Source: the human T2T-CHM13v2.0 reference genome, Homo sapiens. From it: a stretch of 64,000 nt of DNA. The position numbers and the translations under genes were made by a program. The notes beneath the pieces are model-generated. The model was given only the letters and a program-made list of their open reading frames with translations. It was not told the origin of the DNA and ran no database searches. Positions 18,039 to 37,267 of the stretch are shown piece by piece. The stretch lies in assembly GCF_009914755.1 (NCBI RefSeq), contig NC_060935.1, one strand, 5' to 3'. Each line of letters opens with the position of its first letter. Positions within the stretch are counted from its first letter, which is position 1.

Positions 18039-18983
18039 GGCTGGGCATGGTGGTTCACGCCTGTAATCCTAGCACTTTGGCAGGCTGGGGTGAGCGGGTC
18101 ACTTGAGCCCAGAAGTTCAAGAGCAGCCAGGACAACATGTGGAGACCCCTTATCTACAAAAAATTTAAGAATTAGCTGGGTGTGGTGGCACGTGCCTATA
18201 GTCCCAGCTACTCAGGAAACTGAGGTGGGAGGATTGCTTAGGCCTGGAAAGTCGACACTGCAGTGATCTGTGATTGCACTACGGCACTCCAGCTTGGGCG
18301 ACAGAGTGAGACCCTGTCTCAAAAAAACAAAAACAGGCCAGGCATGGTGGCTAATGCCCGTAATCCCAACACTTTGGGAGGCCCAGGCAGGCAGATCACT
18401 TGAGGTCAGGAGTTCAAGACCAACCTGGCCAACATGGTGAAAACCCCATCTGTACTAAAACTACAAAAATTAGCTGGGTGTGGTGGTGCGTGTCTATAAT
18501 CCCAGCTACTTGGGAGGCTAAGGCAGAAGAATCGCTTGAACCCAGGAGACCAAGGTTGTGCCACTGCACTCCAACCTAGGTGACAGAGTAAGACTCCATC
18601 TCAAAACACATGCACACGGCCGGGCACGGTGGCTCACACCTGTAATCCCAGCACTTTGGGAGGCTGAGGTGGGTGGATCACGAGGTCAGGAGTCCAAGAC
18701 CACCCTGGCTAAGATGGTGAAACCCTGTCTCTACTGAAAAAAAAAATACAAAACATTAGCTGGGCGTGGTGGCACGTACCTGTAATCCCAACTACTCTGG
18801 AGGCTGAGGCAGAGAATTGCTTAAACCTGGGAGGCAGACGTTGCAGTGAGCCAAGATTGCGCCAGTGCACTCCAGTCTGGGCGACAGAGCAAGACTCCAT
18901 CTCAAAAACAAAACAGAACACACACACACACACACAAAACTCGCACAAAAAACCCAAAAACAAACAAAAAATATAAAAAAAAG
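18039..18983 (+). mobile_element. Three head-to-tail Alus (18039-18335, 18336-18607, 18618-18983)
   Basis: Three GGCCGGGC-type starts each following an A-rich tail. Confidence 0.92.
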
Positions 18984-19198
18984 AATTCTCTAGCTGTATA
19001 GTTGATCAGTTGTTAGTATGAAAGGATCAGCTGAATTGTCTGAAATGCTAGGTTGCTCAGCCAAAGAGGTGAAGGATTGGGTTTCAGAGTTTAGGGCCCT
19101 TTACAGTTAGCAGATACTTGAAGCCAGGGTGGGAGGCCATCCTCTGAGTGATAGATATTTTTGATGTATGCATATGGTAGTCCCTTGGTAGATTTTTA

Positions 19199-19766
<568 letters not shown>

Positions 19767-19845
19767 TAGCTCACTCCAGAACTTTGGAGTTAGACAGATT
19801 TTATTTGAATTATTATAGCATTTTAGCTGAAGAATGCAATAATGA

Positions 19846-20127
<282 letters not shown>

Positions 20128-20329
20128 TGCAATAATGAAAGTCGTCTAAGCCAACTCTCTCATTTTATAAATGAGGAAACTGAGGCATAGAGAGAGGTAC
20201 CCTATTCATTGACATATAGCAAGTAAAGACCTGTGCCAGATTAGGATGTACATTATTTTTTTCTTCACTGAGAAGGGTATTTTGTTGCCTTGAACCAATT
20301 TTTTGGGGTGAAAAGTGGGAGCGAGATAT

Positions 20330-20561
20330 AATCCTAGCCCCTGCAGAGGGTAGTCCTCTGTAGTCCTAGCTACTTGGGAGGCTGAGGTAGTCTCAGCTAC
20401 TTGGGAGGTAGTCCCAGCTACTTGGGTGGCTGGGGTGGGAGGATTGCTTGAGCCCAGGGATTTGAGGCTCTAATGTACAATGATCATGCCTGTGAATAGC
20501 CACTGTACTCCAGCCTGGGCACTATAGCAAGACCCTGTCTCTTAAAAAAAAAAAAAAAAAA
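20330..20561 (+). mobile_element. Old Alu monomer with triplicated 5' motif
   Basis: gtagtcYYagctacttggg x3 then Alu 3' end and A-tail. Confidence 0.8.
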
Positions 20562-22310
<1,749 letters not shown>

Positions 22311-22377
22311 GAGTCAAGTGTACAGATGCGTATGGCTGTAGATGCAATTTGTGAATGTGAGTGCTGGGATGTAGTAG

Positions 22378-22535
22378 CAGTGCTTCTCAAACTTTAATGT
22401 ACATATGAATTATTTCAGTATCTTATTAAAATTCAGATTCTGACTCAGGAGGTCTGGGATGGAGTCTGCGATTTTCTGTTTCTTAACAAGCTCTCAGGGT
22501 ACTCTTGGTGCTAGGCTGTAGACCACACTTAGCAA
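22378..22535. mobile_element. MER5-type hAT-Charlie MITE
   Basis: cagtgcttctcaaactttaatgtacatatgaat...gaccacactt. Confidence 0.75.
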
Positions 22536-23977
22536 GGCAGTAGAGGATGTTTGTTCTTCAATAAATGGGGTCTGTCTAAAGAGCCTACTAGAGACCAGAA
22601 GGATTTGGCCAGAGTTTTGCAGTAAGGCAGAATGTGGTTTGGTGAAAGAAAGGGCCTTAAGGGACAAAATGAGCAGCCTGCCTACAGATGCAGAGATCAT
22701 AGGGTTTATGATATTTTGGGGGGACAGGAGACCTGTTTGTGGGGATACGTTAGTGAGTCCCTGAGTCTTTTGAACCTAAAAAAAATGTAGCAGTCAACTT
22801 CTCATAATTTTTCATCTTTGCAAAATGTTCTCTTTCCCTCTGCCTAGCATTTATTTTTGGTTTAATGTCTTTCAAATCTGGGCATGACTGGGGGCCTTGT
22901 GAGATCCTAGTTGGGGAGCAATTGGCTAGCATTAAGTCACTGTAGGTCTTAGGAGTTGGATAAGGGCTCATGAATCAGTAAGTATCCTTATCTTGAGAGC
23001 CTTACCTAATTAGCTACCTGAGCTTTGGACAAGGTGCCTTCAGACTGAGTTAATGCTTGGCCCCAAATGAATAAACTCCTTAATGAGGGAGCAAATGAAG
23101 ATGCCTTTCCAGATGGTACAGGTTAATTATAGCCATAGTTTACTCCTTCCCTTATTTTTTTTTACTTGAGCAGGAAGACTGGTTTGGATGTAACTTAAAT
23201 AACCTTTTTGGTCAGGAGGCAAATATTAAAGCCAGATCATGTCTTACTCTTAACATTTGTAGTACTCCATGAAGTGCTAATGATCCTCTAAGCCTCAAGT
23301 CTAGTCTCAGCCTTAGTTCTTGCCCTTCCGAGCTGCCTTCCCTGAGGCTCTGACAGCATTACTGTCCTCTGCTTCACCAACATTCAATTATCTCTGGCCT
23401 CTTCTAGTAGTTTTAAAATATGTCCACTTTGCCAGGAGGAAAGGCAGTGAAATCACTTGATCACCTTGAATATACTTTCTTCACAGCTCTATAATGAAGT
23501 CAGAAGTCTTATTTCTCTATTTTCTAGATGGAGAAACTAAGCCATAGACAGTAGCATGCTTGGTCCATTATGTCAAAGAGAGGCACCTTCATGCCTGGCC
23601 CAGTATTCCAGATTTTCCTAGTTTCCCCCTCATTGGATTTGGTTTCTTGAACAGGTAGTTGCTTTGTTTTGTTACATAGTTTTTAACATGATTTCCCTGG
23701 TGTCAAATGAATACTCCTTTCCCTGATGCTTATTAGTTATTTTTCAAGTGTTTGTTTACTCTGTACAATTTAAGCATCTCCAGGTGAGGTGCTGGTTTGT
23801 CAGCATACTTGCTTCCCTTAATAAAGAGAATTTTCTTCAATTCCACAAGTACTCATTGAGTGCTTAATATATGCTCAGCTCTGTGCTGTTCTCCTTGAAA
23901 GACATAAATCACTATAAAGTGTGTCTTGGCTCTGAGGGAACTAATATGTTCATGGGATGGAAACAAATAAACATAAA

Positions 23978-24135
23978 CAGGGCCAGGACTAGGGTGAGGG
24001 AAACAAGGTGCTAGGGTATAAACTTTAGAGAGCCATTCACTCTTAAGGTCCTGCAAGTGCAGGGTAGGTACCTGAGAGTGAGTGCTTCCTTAAATTTTGA
24101 GCCCCAGGTCTCTTGCTTGCCCTATCCTGGTGCTA
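23978..24135. mobile_element. MER96-like hAT MITE
   Basis: cagggccaggactagggtgagg; internal inverted cactc/gagtg arms. Confidence 0.65.
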
Positions 24136-24203
24136 GAGACAAGCTGTTAGACCACTTAGAAAGGATGTCTAAGATAACATGAGACTGAATGACTAACATA
24201 GAA

Positions 24204-24362
24204 CAGTGCTTCTCAAATTTAATGTACATATTGATCACCTGGAGGTCTTATTAAAAGGCAGATTGTGATTCAGTGGGTCTGGAGTGGTACCTGAGATGTT
24301 ACATTTCTATCAAGCACCCAAATGATGCTGATACTGCCAGTCCATGGGCTACACTTTGAGTG
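24204..24362. mobile_element. MER5-type hAT-Charlie MITE
   Basis: cagtgcttctcaaatttaatgtacat...acactttgagt. Confidence 0.75.
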
Positions 24363-25298
24363 AAAAAGAGAAATATCCATGCTGGAGAAAGGCAGAGGAC
24401 CAAATTCCCTAGGCTAGGGAATCAGGAAAGTTGCAGTTGGAGCTGGGTTCTTAAAGGATAACTAGGATGTAGATAAGAAACAAACAACAACAACAACGAA
24501 AAATAGGGAAGGGCATTGTAAGTACAAGGAAGGGTATGCAAAGGCCCAGAGACAGAAATGAGTCCCACGTGTCTTGGGACAATTAATAGATAGGCTTGGT
24601 AAGATGCAGGTCCAAGTTGGAGAAGAAGAAGAAGAGTTTTGGCATGTAGCTTGAAACCTGTGCATGGATTGTTATTTAGAAATGTGATTCATAATTGCCT
24701 GCTCAGGTACCTCCCATGTGTCCCCTCAGAGTATCTGACCTCTATCCTTCTGGGAGATGAAGGCCTGAGTCAGGGCACCTGAATAAATTCTGTGAGGCAG
24801 TGTGGGTAGGAAAAGGAAGGAGGGATGTTGACTTCATTACCTAGATTGGTTAGGCAAAGTCCTGGTAAATTTATTTTTTGACTTAGCTGGGAGATGTAGC
24901 AGCTGGAAAGGCCACCTTCAATAGTGATGGGCATTTCCAGTACACATACATAAAGGATGCCTGGTAAATATGTGCTGATTTGACTCAGTAGTAGAATGAA
25001 TTTCTACCTGTGTTACTATTTCAAATGTTCAACTTATGGGACTTTCCTGACGTTATCAGAACGTGGGTAACAGGACCTTGAACATCTTAAGTACTAAAGG
25101 AATGGTTGTTGATTGATTTGAGTATTTCTAAGGCCTTGTCTCTCTTCTGTAGATCAGATCAAAGAACATTTTCAGCTCAATTCAGTATAAGAATGCATTG
25201 AGTGACTTATGTACTGAGACTTGGGTATGCTTCTGTATGACTGCAAGGAGGTAGAAGACTTGAGCCCTAAACTCAAAGAATATAGTATTATTCTAGAG

Positions 25299-25403
25299 CA
25301 GTGGTTTTCAACTAGGGGGATGCTATGGCAATATACAGGACACCTTCCTCAACAGGGAATGAACCACCCTAAAATATCAGTAGTGCCAAGGTTGAAAACA
25401 AGC
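25299..25403 (+). mobile_element. MER20 (internally deleted)
   Basis: cagtggttttcaact...tagtgccaaggttgaaaac. Confidence 0.65.
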
Positions 25404-26129
25404 TCTGAAAAGATAAGACTACCAAATAGAACGAGAACTTTGAAGTCGGATGGCTAGTGATATTGCTAGTTAATAGCAGCAGGGCAAGAACTAAATTCAG
25501 TTTGCCCAGGTCCAGTGTAGCCTAGCGGCTACCATAGGGCCATTTAGAGTCACATGGTGTTATATCTAACTCTGTCTCCCACTAATCCTGATTCATACTT
25601 TTTGCTCTAGCCATACTCAATTGCTTGTGTACTATGCAATTTTATTCCTTCCTGTCCATTTTAGTCCCTTTGCCTGGAATGTATTTCTCTTATTTCTTCT
25701 TCTGGATAATTCACATCTCCATAAAGCCTTCCCTAGTCTAAAACACCCCAGATTGGGTTAAAAGGTTAAAAGGCAAGGCACCTCTTTGTTCTATAGCTAG
25801 TCTTTATTATATAATAGATAAATTTTCTGTTTACGTCTGTCTTTCCCACTAGTCTGTGAGCGTCTTTGGAGTTAAGGATTCTTGTCCTCCTCTGCCCTTA
25901 TTGCCTAGCACAGACGTGCAACACATTCAGTCATAGACATGAGTCAAACTAAGCTGTTAAAGAAGGGAGAGATCAGTGTGAAATAGAATGGTTGGTAAGG
26001 CTTCATAGAGATACTAAGACTTGAAGCTTCTCTAATTCCTTGAAGATACTGATAAATGTGTGAGCACCTTATATTGGCAGGGACAGTTTTAAGACAGTAA
26101 CGGATTTTTCTGGTGGTGTCTTTCTACAG

Positions 26130-26167
26130 GTTGATATGTCAGATCTCTCTCCAGAAGAGCAATGGAG
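26130..26167 (+). CDS. RNF121: RNF121 exon 2 (38 nt): VDMSDLSPEEQW+AG
   Basis: tttctacag|GTTGATATG...TGGAG|gtaagt; phase 0 start inferred from known protein, phase 2 end. Confidence 0.95.
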
Positions 26168-26369
26168 GTAAGTGTGGTAGTTCGGGCCCTGCAGTCTAGG
26201 AACTGCAGGTTAACCCAGCTAATTGAGTGATATGTCTACCCATTTTGCTTTCTTGTCAGTAGGAGGCAGTGGCTCATGACCGGTAGGACTGGTCTTTTGG
26301 GATCTCTCTAAGTATCTGGGTTGCTCTCTTAGTCTTGAATGTGTAAGCAGATGATTGCACCAAATCATC

Positions 26370-26580
26370 TATCTGGGTTTCAATACCATTTCTACCATTT
26401 ACTAGCTGTGTGATTTTTGAGCAAGTTACTTAACTTCTCACAACCTTACTTTGCCCCATTTGTAAAATGAGGATCATAACAATATCTATACCTCATAGAG
26501 TTGTGAGGATTAATATATGTGAAAATCTTAGAAGAGTGCCTGGCATGTGGTAAGCTTACAGTAAGTGTTAACTGCTTTGA
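26370..26580 (+). mobile_element. MIR
   Basis: tactagctgtgtga...gcaagttacttaac...tgtaaaatgagg...gtgcctggca. Confidence 0.8.
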
Positions 26581-26919
26581 AGATGATTATCATTAACATC
26601 ATCATTATTATCCATGATACAGGATGGGGAGCTCTGGTTAAGAAAATGGGAGATGTATCTTCTGTTCTCAACTCTGCAACTAACTTGTTTTGTAAATAGA
26701 ATGAGCCATCATATATCTTATAATGATTGCTCATCAGTAAAAGGGTTTCAGAGTGCCTGCCCCACGAACTTCACAAGGTGACTGACCAATGAGGTGATAT
26801 CAACCTTAGAATTTAATAGTGAGAAAAAACCTATTGATTTTATTTAGATTAAAACTATTGACTATAAAAACATAGAATGGCAAAAATACCTGTTCACATG
26901 ACAAACCCAGTGTGATTTT

Positions 26920-27450
26920 AGGTGATTTTAAGCTTAGTATGAACCAGTTGTGTACCTCAGCTACCAAAATATTCTGAATAATTTAAAAGATGTTCGTAGA
27001 AATATGCTGTCTGCTGTAAGAGAGGTGATAGTGCCACTGTGGTCTGCTCTGCTGAGGTCACAAATATTTTGTTCTAAGCATGGCATATTAAAAAGATTTT
27101 TAACTGGATCATGTGTAGAAGAAGGCAACCTGGATTAATAGTCTTCATATCATGTTATATGAACAGTGGTTAAAAGATCTAGAACTGTTAGCCTCAAAGG
27201 GCACAGGAAAATAGTGGTAGGAACAGGATGGTTTTGTTTTGTTTGAATAACATCATGATAAATCTTTGAAGGGGTGGCATTGGGAAAGAAGAGTCAATAT
27301 GTCCTTTGTTGTTATGGAGTATCGGATTAGGTCTAATGGACTTAAGCTATAAGAAGATAGATTTTTTTTTTGTCTCATTGTCAGAACTGTCTTTAATAGT
27401 CAAGGTATATTGAGAGGTAATGAGCTTTCTGTCCCTAAAACATTGGGATT
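26920..27450 (+). mobile_element. CR1/L3 fragment
   Basis: cttagtatgaaccagttgtg, gaggtgatagtgccactgtggtctgc. Confidence 0.55.
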
Positions 27451-27479
27451 TTATTCATTTATAAGCAAATATTAGTACC

Positions 27480-27613
27480 TGCCCAGGTGTGGTAGCTCCC
27501 ACCTGTAATCCCAGCACTTTGGGAGGCCAAGGTAGGAGGATCCCTTGAGCCCAGCAGTTCGAGGCTGCAGTTCATCTAGCCTGGATGACAGAGCGAGACT
27601 CTCTCCAAAAAAA
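27480..27613 (+). mobile_element. FLAM/deleted Alu monomer
   Basis: acctgtaatcccagcactttgggaggcc. Confidence 0.8.
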
Positions 27614-28537
27614 TAATATATGTATATGTACCTACAATGTGCCAGACACTGCTGGTTCTAAAATAGATTACCTTAAAAGGCATGTGTTCTCAGCCAGTGG
27701 AAGTATTCAAGCAAAGATTGCAAAAATGATTTTTGCATTGGGTGGGAACTTGAACTGGATGACTTCTCTGGTCTTTTCTAGATCATTCTTTGACTTCATT
27801 TTGTGCACATCCGTTCACTGATATGTTGTCTGAGAACAAGAAACTTATCTCTTGCTATCTTTATAACTCCTCATAGCCCTTAGGTGTTTTTAAGTGTGCC
27901 CTACCCTCTTAGCCTATTCTCACAACAACTCTTGAGTCAGGCAGAAAAAATATGGACTCCTTTTGACAGATGAAGAAATTGTGATATACAGATGTGAGGT
28001 TAATTGGCCATGGCCATATAGGTGGGTCTGAATCTAAGTTTCGAACTCCCAATCCTATTCTCTTTCTGTCAGATTCTTCCACCCAGGGTAAAGTTTTATG
28101 TCAGATGAACCCTTAGGTGCTGAGGCTTACTGACTGGCATTTGGCTTCCCACTCTGCCCACCAAGTTTTCCCCCCTTACATTTTGTTATGAAAAACTTTA
28201 AACACATAGAAAAGTTGAAAGAATTGTACAGTGAACACCTTTATACTTACCACCTGGGTTCTACACTTTTTGTTATATTTGCTTTATTGTTTATAATTCA
28301 TCCTTCTGGGTTATTTTTGCTGTTAATGTTTAATTGCCCATGGAAATTCCATGAAGACACTATTTATGTTGTCCTTTTCCTCCCTCCTAAATACCCTGGT
28401 GTAATGGGAATTGTATAAAAGCTTATGACTCAACTTACATTTGTATTTGATTTTATTATTTATTTAAATTTGCCCTTTCCCACACATTCTGATGTATTTG
28501 ATTTTCTCTCTAATTCCTTCTCTTCTCTCTCTCTTCT

Positions 28538-28837
28538 TCTTTTTTTTTTTTTTTTGAGATGGAATCTCATTCTGTCACCCAGGACGGAGTGCAGTGTTGC
28601 GATCTTGGCTGACTGCAACCTCCACCTCCCAGGTTCAAGTGATTCTCCTGCCTCAGCCTCCTGAGTAGCTGGGATCACAGGCATGCACCACCACACCCGG
28701 CTAATTTTTGTATTTTTAGTAGAGACGGGGTTTCGCCATGTTGGCCAGGCTCATCGTTAACTCCTGACCTCACGTGATCCTCCGGCCTCAGCCTCTCAAA
28801 GTGCTGGGATTACAGGTGTGAGCCACCGCGCCCGGCC
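28538..28837 (-). mobile_element. Alu (S-type) in intron 2
   Basis: TSD tctaattcctt. Confidence 0.92.
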
Positions 28838-29651
28838 TCTAATTCCTTTCTCATTCCTCTCCTTTGGATGACTGTGACCCAGAGTGGTAGGAGTGACTGT
28901 TCTTAGAACAAGTTTTTAGCCAGTATTAGCCAAGGGAATCACTTGCTGCCAGTCTTTAAGACCAGCGAATGCCAGCCTTAGATTAATAAAAAGTTTCCAG
29001 CTGTACTCTCTAGTTACTAAATTTCCTTGAGCCTTTGAGGAGGCTGTTTACCTGTGGATACTGAGGGTAAAGTCACTGTTGGATTAGTATAAAGTTGAAG
29101 CAGTCCAGACTTTTTAGGCTTTAACTAGTCTTAAGGATTTCTGACTCTGGCAGAGAGGGTGGAATGAATAAAGCAAGACTTTAATCCTGGAATCAGCACA
29201 CATTTGCAGCGTTACTCCTTTACTGCTGTCATAAATATTGGTGACTAAGCGTATGAGACTTTATGTCTATAACCTCTTTGGGTTACTTTCTCGTTCCAGC
29301 ATCAGGTTGAAATAGACTTGAAATGGGCAATGATGCAGGTTTCTCCTGGGACCTCCTTCATGCTACAGGAAAGGTGTCAGCTGTTTCTTCCATGGGGGCA
29401 GGCAGCAGGCCACTTAGCTCTAATTCCAATATCTAGGCTTGGTTGCTGGGGGGTCCGTAGAGCCTGTATTCTATCTCGACATGCCTGTCTGTTAGGGTGT
29501 GTGTCCTAGCCCCTAATTTGTGTGGTACCCTGCAGCTATGAAGCAGGGAATGTGTTCTGAGCTATGTACTGGTGGGATATCCCTGGAAAGCACTGTCCCT
29601 TTATCACTACAGCATCCCTGACTTGATTCACCCCATGTGTTTGGCTTTCAG

Positions 29652-29793
29652 GGTCGAGCACGCACGCATGCATGCCAAGCACCGTGGCCATGAAGCTATG
29701 CATGCTGAAATGGTCCTCATCCTCATCGCAACCTTGGTGGTGGCCCAGCTGCTCCTGGTGCAGTGGAAGCAGAGGCACCCACGCTCCTACAAT
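29652..29793 (+). CDS. RNF121: RNF121 exon 3 (142 nt): (R)VEHARMHAKHRGHEAMHAEMVLILIATLVVAQLLLVQWKQRHPRSYN, includes first TM helix
   Basis: ctttcag|GGTCGAG...TACAAT|gtaagc; in frame with exon 2. Confidence 0.97.
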
Positions 29794-30179
29794 GTAAGCC
29801 ACTTTGCCTCTTACTTCTTTGTCTGTCAGTCATCAAGAGACCCTTCCTAAGTATTCTAGGTCCCAGCCTAACCCAGGCCACATGGAGGTGGAGAAAGACA
29901 ATAACAATGAACTTTATGTATGAATGATGAATAGTGTATTGGCGAGTGTGTGTCTAAGGGTCAGGTGATTCAGAGGGTGAAAAGGATAGAACATAAGACT
30001 ATGTTCATAGGCAGAAAAGATAGGTTTTCCCTTCGAAACATTGTGGGACAGGTTCATGAAGGAGATAATCATCAGGAACTATTCAATTGGAGAGAGCAAA
30101 GATGAATTGACTGGGAAAACTAAGCATCTCATGAATCTTACAGGATCTAGATTACACTAATCTAAATTTTTTTAAAGAA

Positions 30180-30499
<320 letters not shown>

Positions 30500-30787
30500 T
30501 TAGGTGGGGAAAATGACACACAGAAAACAAATAGCAAAATGGCAGAAGTTAATTCTTCCTTACCAGTAATCACTTTAAATATAAATGGATTAAATTCTTC
30601 CATTAGAAGACAGAAATTGGCAGATTGGTTTTAAAAATCCCCTCATTTATCGATATGCTGTCTATAGTAAATTCACTTTAGGTGGAAAGACACAAGCCAG
30701 GAGTGGTGGCACACACTTGTAATCCCACCTATTGAGGAGGCTGAGGTGGGAGAATTGCTTGAGCCAGGGGATTCAGTAAACTCATAA

Positions 30788-31165
<378 letters not shown>

Positions 31166-31609
31166 AGATTTTTACAACCTATTCTGAAGAAAGTGAGTAT
31201 GCATATATGCACTGCAGTAATTTTCAATAAGAACTTTTTCCTTAAGTGTGGAATCCTTTCTTTAAACATTATCTTAAGGAAAAACTCAATCTGGGAAACA
31301 GTTAAGAGGCTGCTCTGCTTGATATGAAGGTTGGGTAACCCTAACACCTCTGCTTCCCCCTCTGAAATCTCTAGGACTCATCATAGCACTGTTAGAAAAC
31401 CACTGATGTGTTATTCATTAGTTAATTCTTAACAGGAGATGTGTCTGTGACTTAATGAGGCCAGTTGTACTAGGAATGTGCAGTTTACTTGTTACTACCA
31501 CATCCTGTAAACATAATGCTGAATTTTATTGGTGAGAGGATATGCTAACATGATAGCACATCTTACACTGAGAAACTTAAACTCATATGTTTAGAAAATA
31601 AGAAAAGAA

Positions 31610-33380
<1,771 letters not shown>

Positions 33381-33683
33381 TTTTTTTTTCCTGAGACAAG
33401 GTCTTATTCTGATTGCCCATACTGGAATGCAGTGGTGCAGTATGGCGATTTCGGCTCACTGCAGCCTCTACTTCTGCAGGCTCAGGTGATCCTCCCACCT
33501 CAGACTTCCAAGTAGCTGGGACTACACGCGCACACCACAGCACCAGGCTAATTTTTTGTATTTTTGGTGGAGAGAGGGTTTTGCCAGGTTGCCTAGGCTG
33601 GTCTCGCCCTCCTGAACTCAAGCAATCCGCCTGCCTCAGCCTCCCAAAGTGTTGGGATTACAGGCGTGAGCCACCGTGCCTGG
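33381..33683 (-). mobile_element. Alu (J-type)
   Basis: Full Alu reverse complement. Confidence 0.9.
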
Positions 33684-34161
33684 TATTATAAGCTGTGTTT
33701 TAGTACGAGTTAGCAACCTGTCAGGAATGTTGTGGAGGGGATGTTTGTGATTTTTTATGGGATGGTTGACTGGACTTCTTGAAGTCCTCCCAGTTAGCTC
33801 TGAAATCTGTATCAAATTGAATTACCCACAAGAGGTAAAGGCCTGTCTTGTTCTTAGAGGATGAAGCAGACCTGCCTAGAGACAGGATGAGGTTTTCATT
33901 CTGCAAAAGTTATGTTTATTTGTTATAAAAAAATTTGAACAATGTAACAGTATGTGACATAGAAATCAAAAGTGTCCCAGAGGGAACCACTGTTAATCAA
34001 TTTGTTATAGATAGGAAAAATCTGCAAGTGTGTGTTTATAAATTTTTAGATGTTTATGACATCCATTAGGTTCTGCGGCATTTTTCACCTAATACTATCT
34101 CTCAAATATCTATCCATATTGGTGGGTATATCATCCTCTTAAACTAATGACTGCATAGTAA

Positions 34162-34451
<290 letters not shown>

Positions 34452-34930
34452 TGCATAGTATTTTGGAAAATAGATCTCAAATAAAATTTAATTTACCTTT
34501 ATCGATTGACTTGTTAATTAACAGTTTATCACAGTTGCAAGCAACAATTTAGTAAGCTTCTCATACATAAATTACCTGCATACCTGTGCAAGCAGTTTTA
34601 TAGAATGCACTCCTAGAAATGAAATTGCCTGGTCAAAAAATATATGTGTTTTAATTATTAGTGGAACTTGCCAAATTGCCCTCCAAGAAAGTTATAGCTA
34701 TTATAGTTTACAATCCATCAACACAGATTTAACAGAGCTGTTACCCAGTGTTAAAGAAGGTGTAGGGTATAGTCAGTATTTTTAATCTTTGTCAGTGTGA
34801 TAAGGTGAAAATACCTGATTTTATTAAGTATTTCTCTGATTATTAGTGAAGTTGAGCATGTTTTCATGCTTAGTGGTCATTTGGCTTCTTTGAATTATTT
34901 GTTCATATCATTGACTAGATTTATATTTGA

Positions 34931-35224
<294 letters not shown>

Positions 35225-35392
35225 TGATATTTCCATTTTTATCGAAGTAATACATACCATAGTTTTAAAAGTCAGATAGTTCTACAAGACTTCAGAAGCA
35301 AAACACATTGGTCCCCTGCCCAACTCTGTCAGTCGCTGATTCTTCTGTGGCAACTACTTTTATTAATAACTTTTTTAGTTCATTTCTGATAC

Positions 35393-35693
35393 TTTTTTTT
35401 TTTAAGATACAGGATCTCAGTCTGTCACCCAGGCTGGAGGGCAGCAGCTCCATCATAGCTCACTGCAGCCTCAAACACCTGGGCCCAGGCAATCCTCCTG
35501 CCTCAGCCTCCCAAGTAGCTAGGACTACAGGTACACACCACCACGCTTGGCTAATATATATATATTTTAATTTTTTGTAGAGTTGGCTCTCACTATATTG
35601 CCCAGGCTGGTCTTGAATTCCTGGCCTTAAGTGATCCTCTTGCCTTAGCTTCCCAAAGTGTTGGGATTATAGCATGAGCCACCACAATTGGCC
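35393..35693 (-). mobile_element. Alu (J-type)
   Basis: Full Alu reverse complement. Confidence 0.9.
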
Positions 35694-35697
35694 TTGC

Positions 35698-36196
<499 letters not shown>

Positions 36197-36199
36197 TAA

Positions 36200-36625
<426 letters not shown>

Positions 36626-36974
36626 GGTAATAATTATCTTTTACTGCTATACCTATACCCGTTACATACTACAAACATTTCCTCCTCCCAATTTTTAAAT
36701 AAATATTCATTGTTTACATTATTAAGTATTATATGTAAGTATTATTCACAAGATGTATTATTCACAGCTTGAGCCATATGATATATTTGGTACATTTTCT
36801 TTCCTTTGCTCAGGTTTCTTTTGGAATGTTTCTTACTGATTTGTAAGAGCTCTTTGTAGGTCAGGAATAAGCCTTCTGACATAATTTGCTACGGATATCT
36901 TTCCCCAGTTTGTCATTTGATTTTATTTGTAGAATTGGTAGAAAAATTTTTATAGATTAGATTTATGAACGATC

Positions 36975-37267
36975 TTTTTTTTTTTTAAGATGAAGTCCTG
37001 CTCTGTCGCCCAGTTTGGAGTGCAGTGGCATGCTCTCGGCTCACTGCAACCTCTGCCCCCGGTTCAAGCGATTCTCCTGCCTCAGCCTCCCAAGTAGCTG
37101 GGATTACAGGCTCCTGCCACCATGCCTAGCTAACTCTTTGTATTTTAGTAGAGAAGGGGTTTCACCATGTTGGCCAGGCTGATCTCGAACTCTGGACTTC
37201 AAGTGATCAAACTGCCTCGGCCTCGCAAAGTGCTGGAATGACAGGTGTGAGCCACTGCCCCCAGCCC
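36975..37267 (-). mobile_element. Alu (S-type)
   Basis: 16-bp TSD atttatgaacgatctt. Confidence 0.92.

Noticed and set aside
29536-29802. 88-aa antisense ORF over exon 3
   Set aside because: Antisense shadow of a real coding exon
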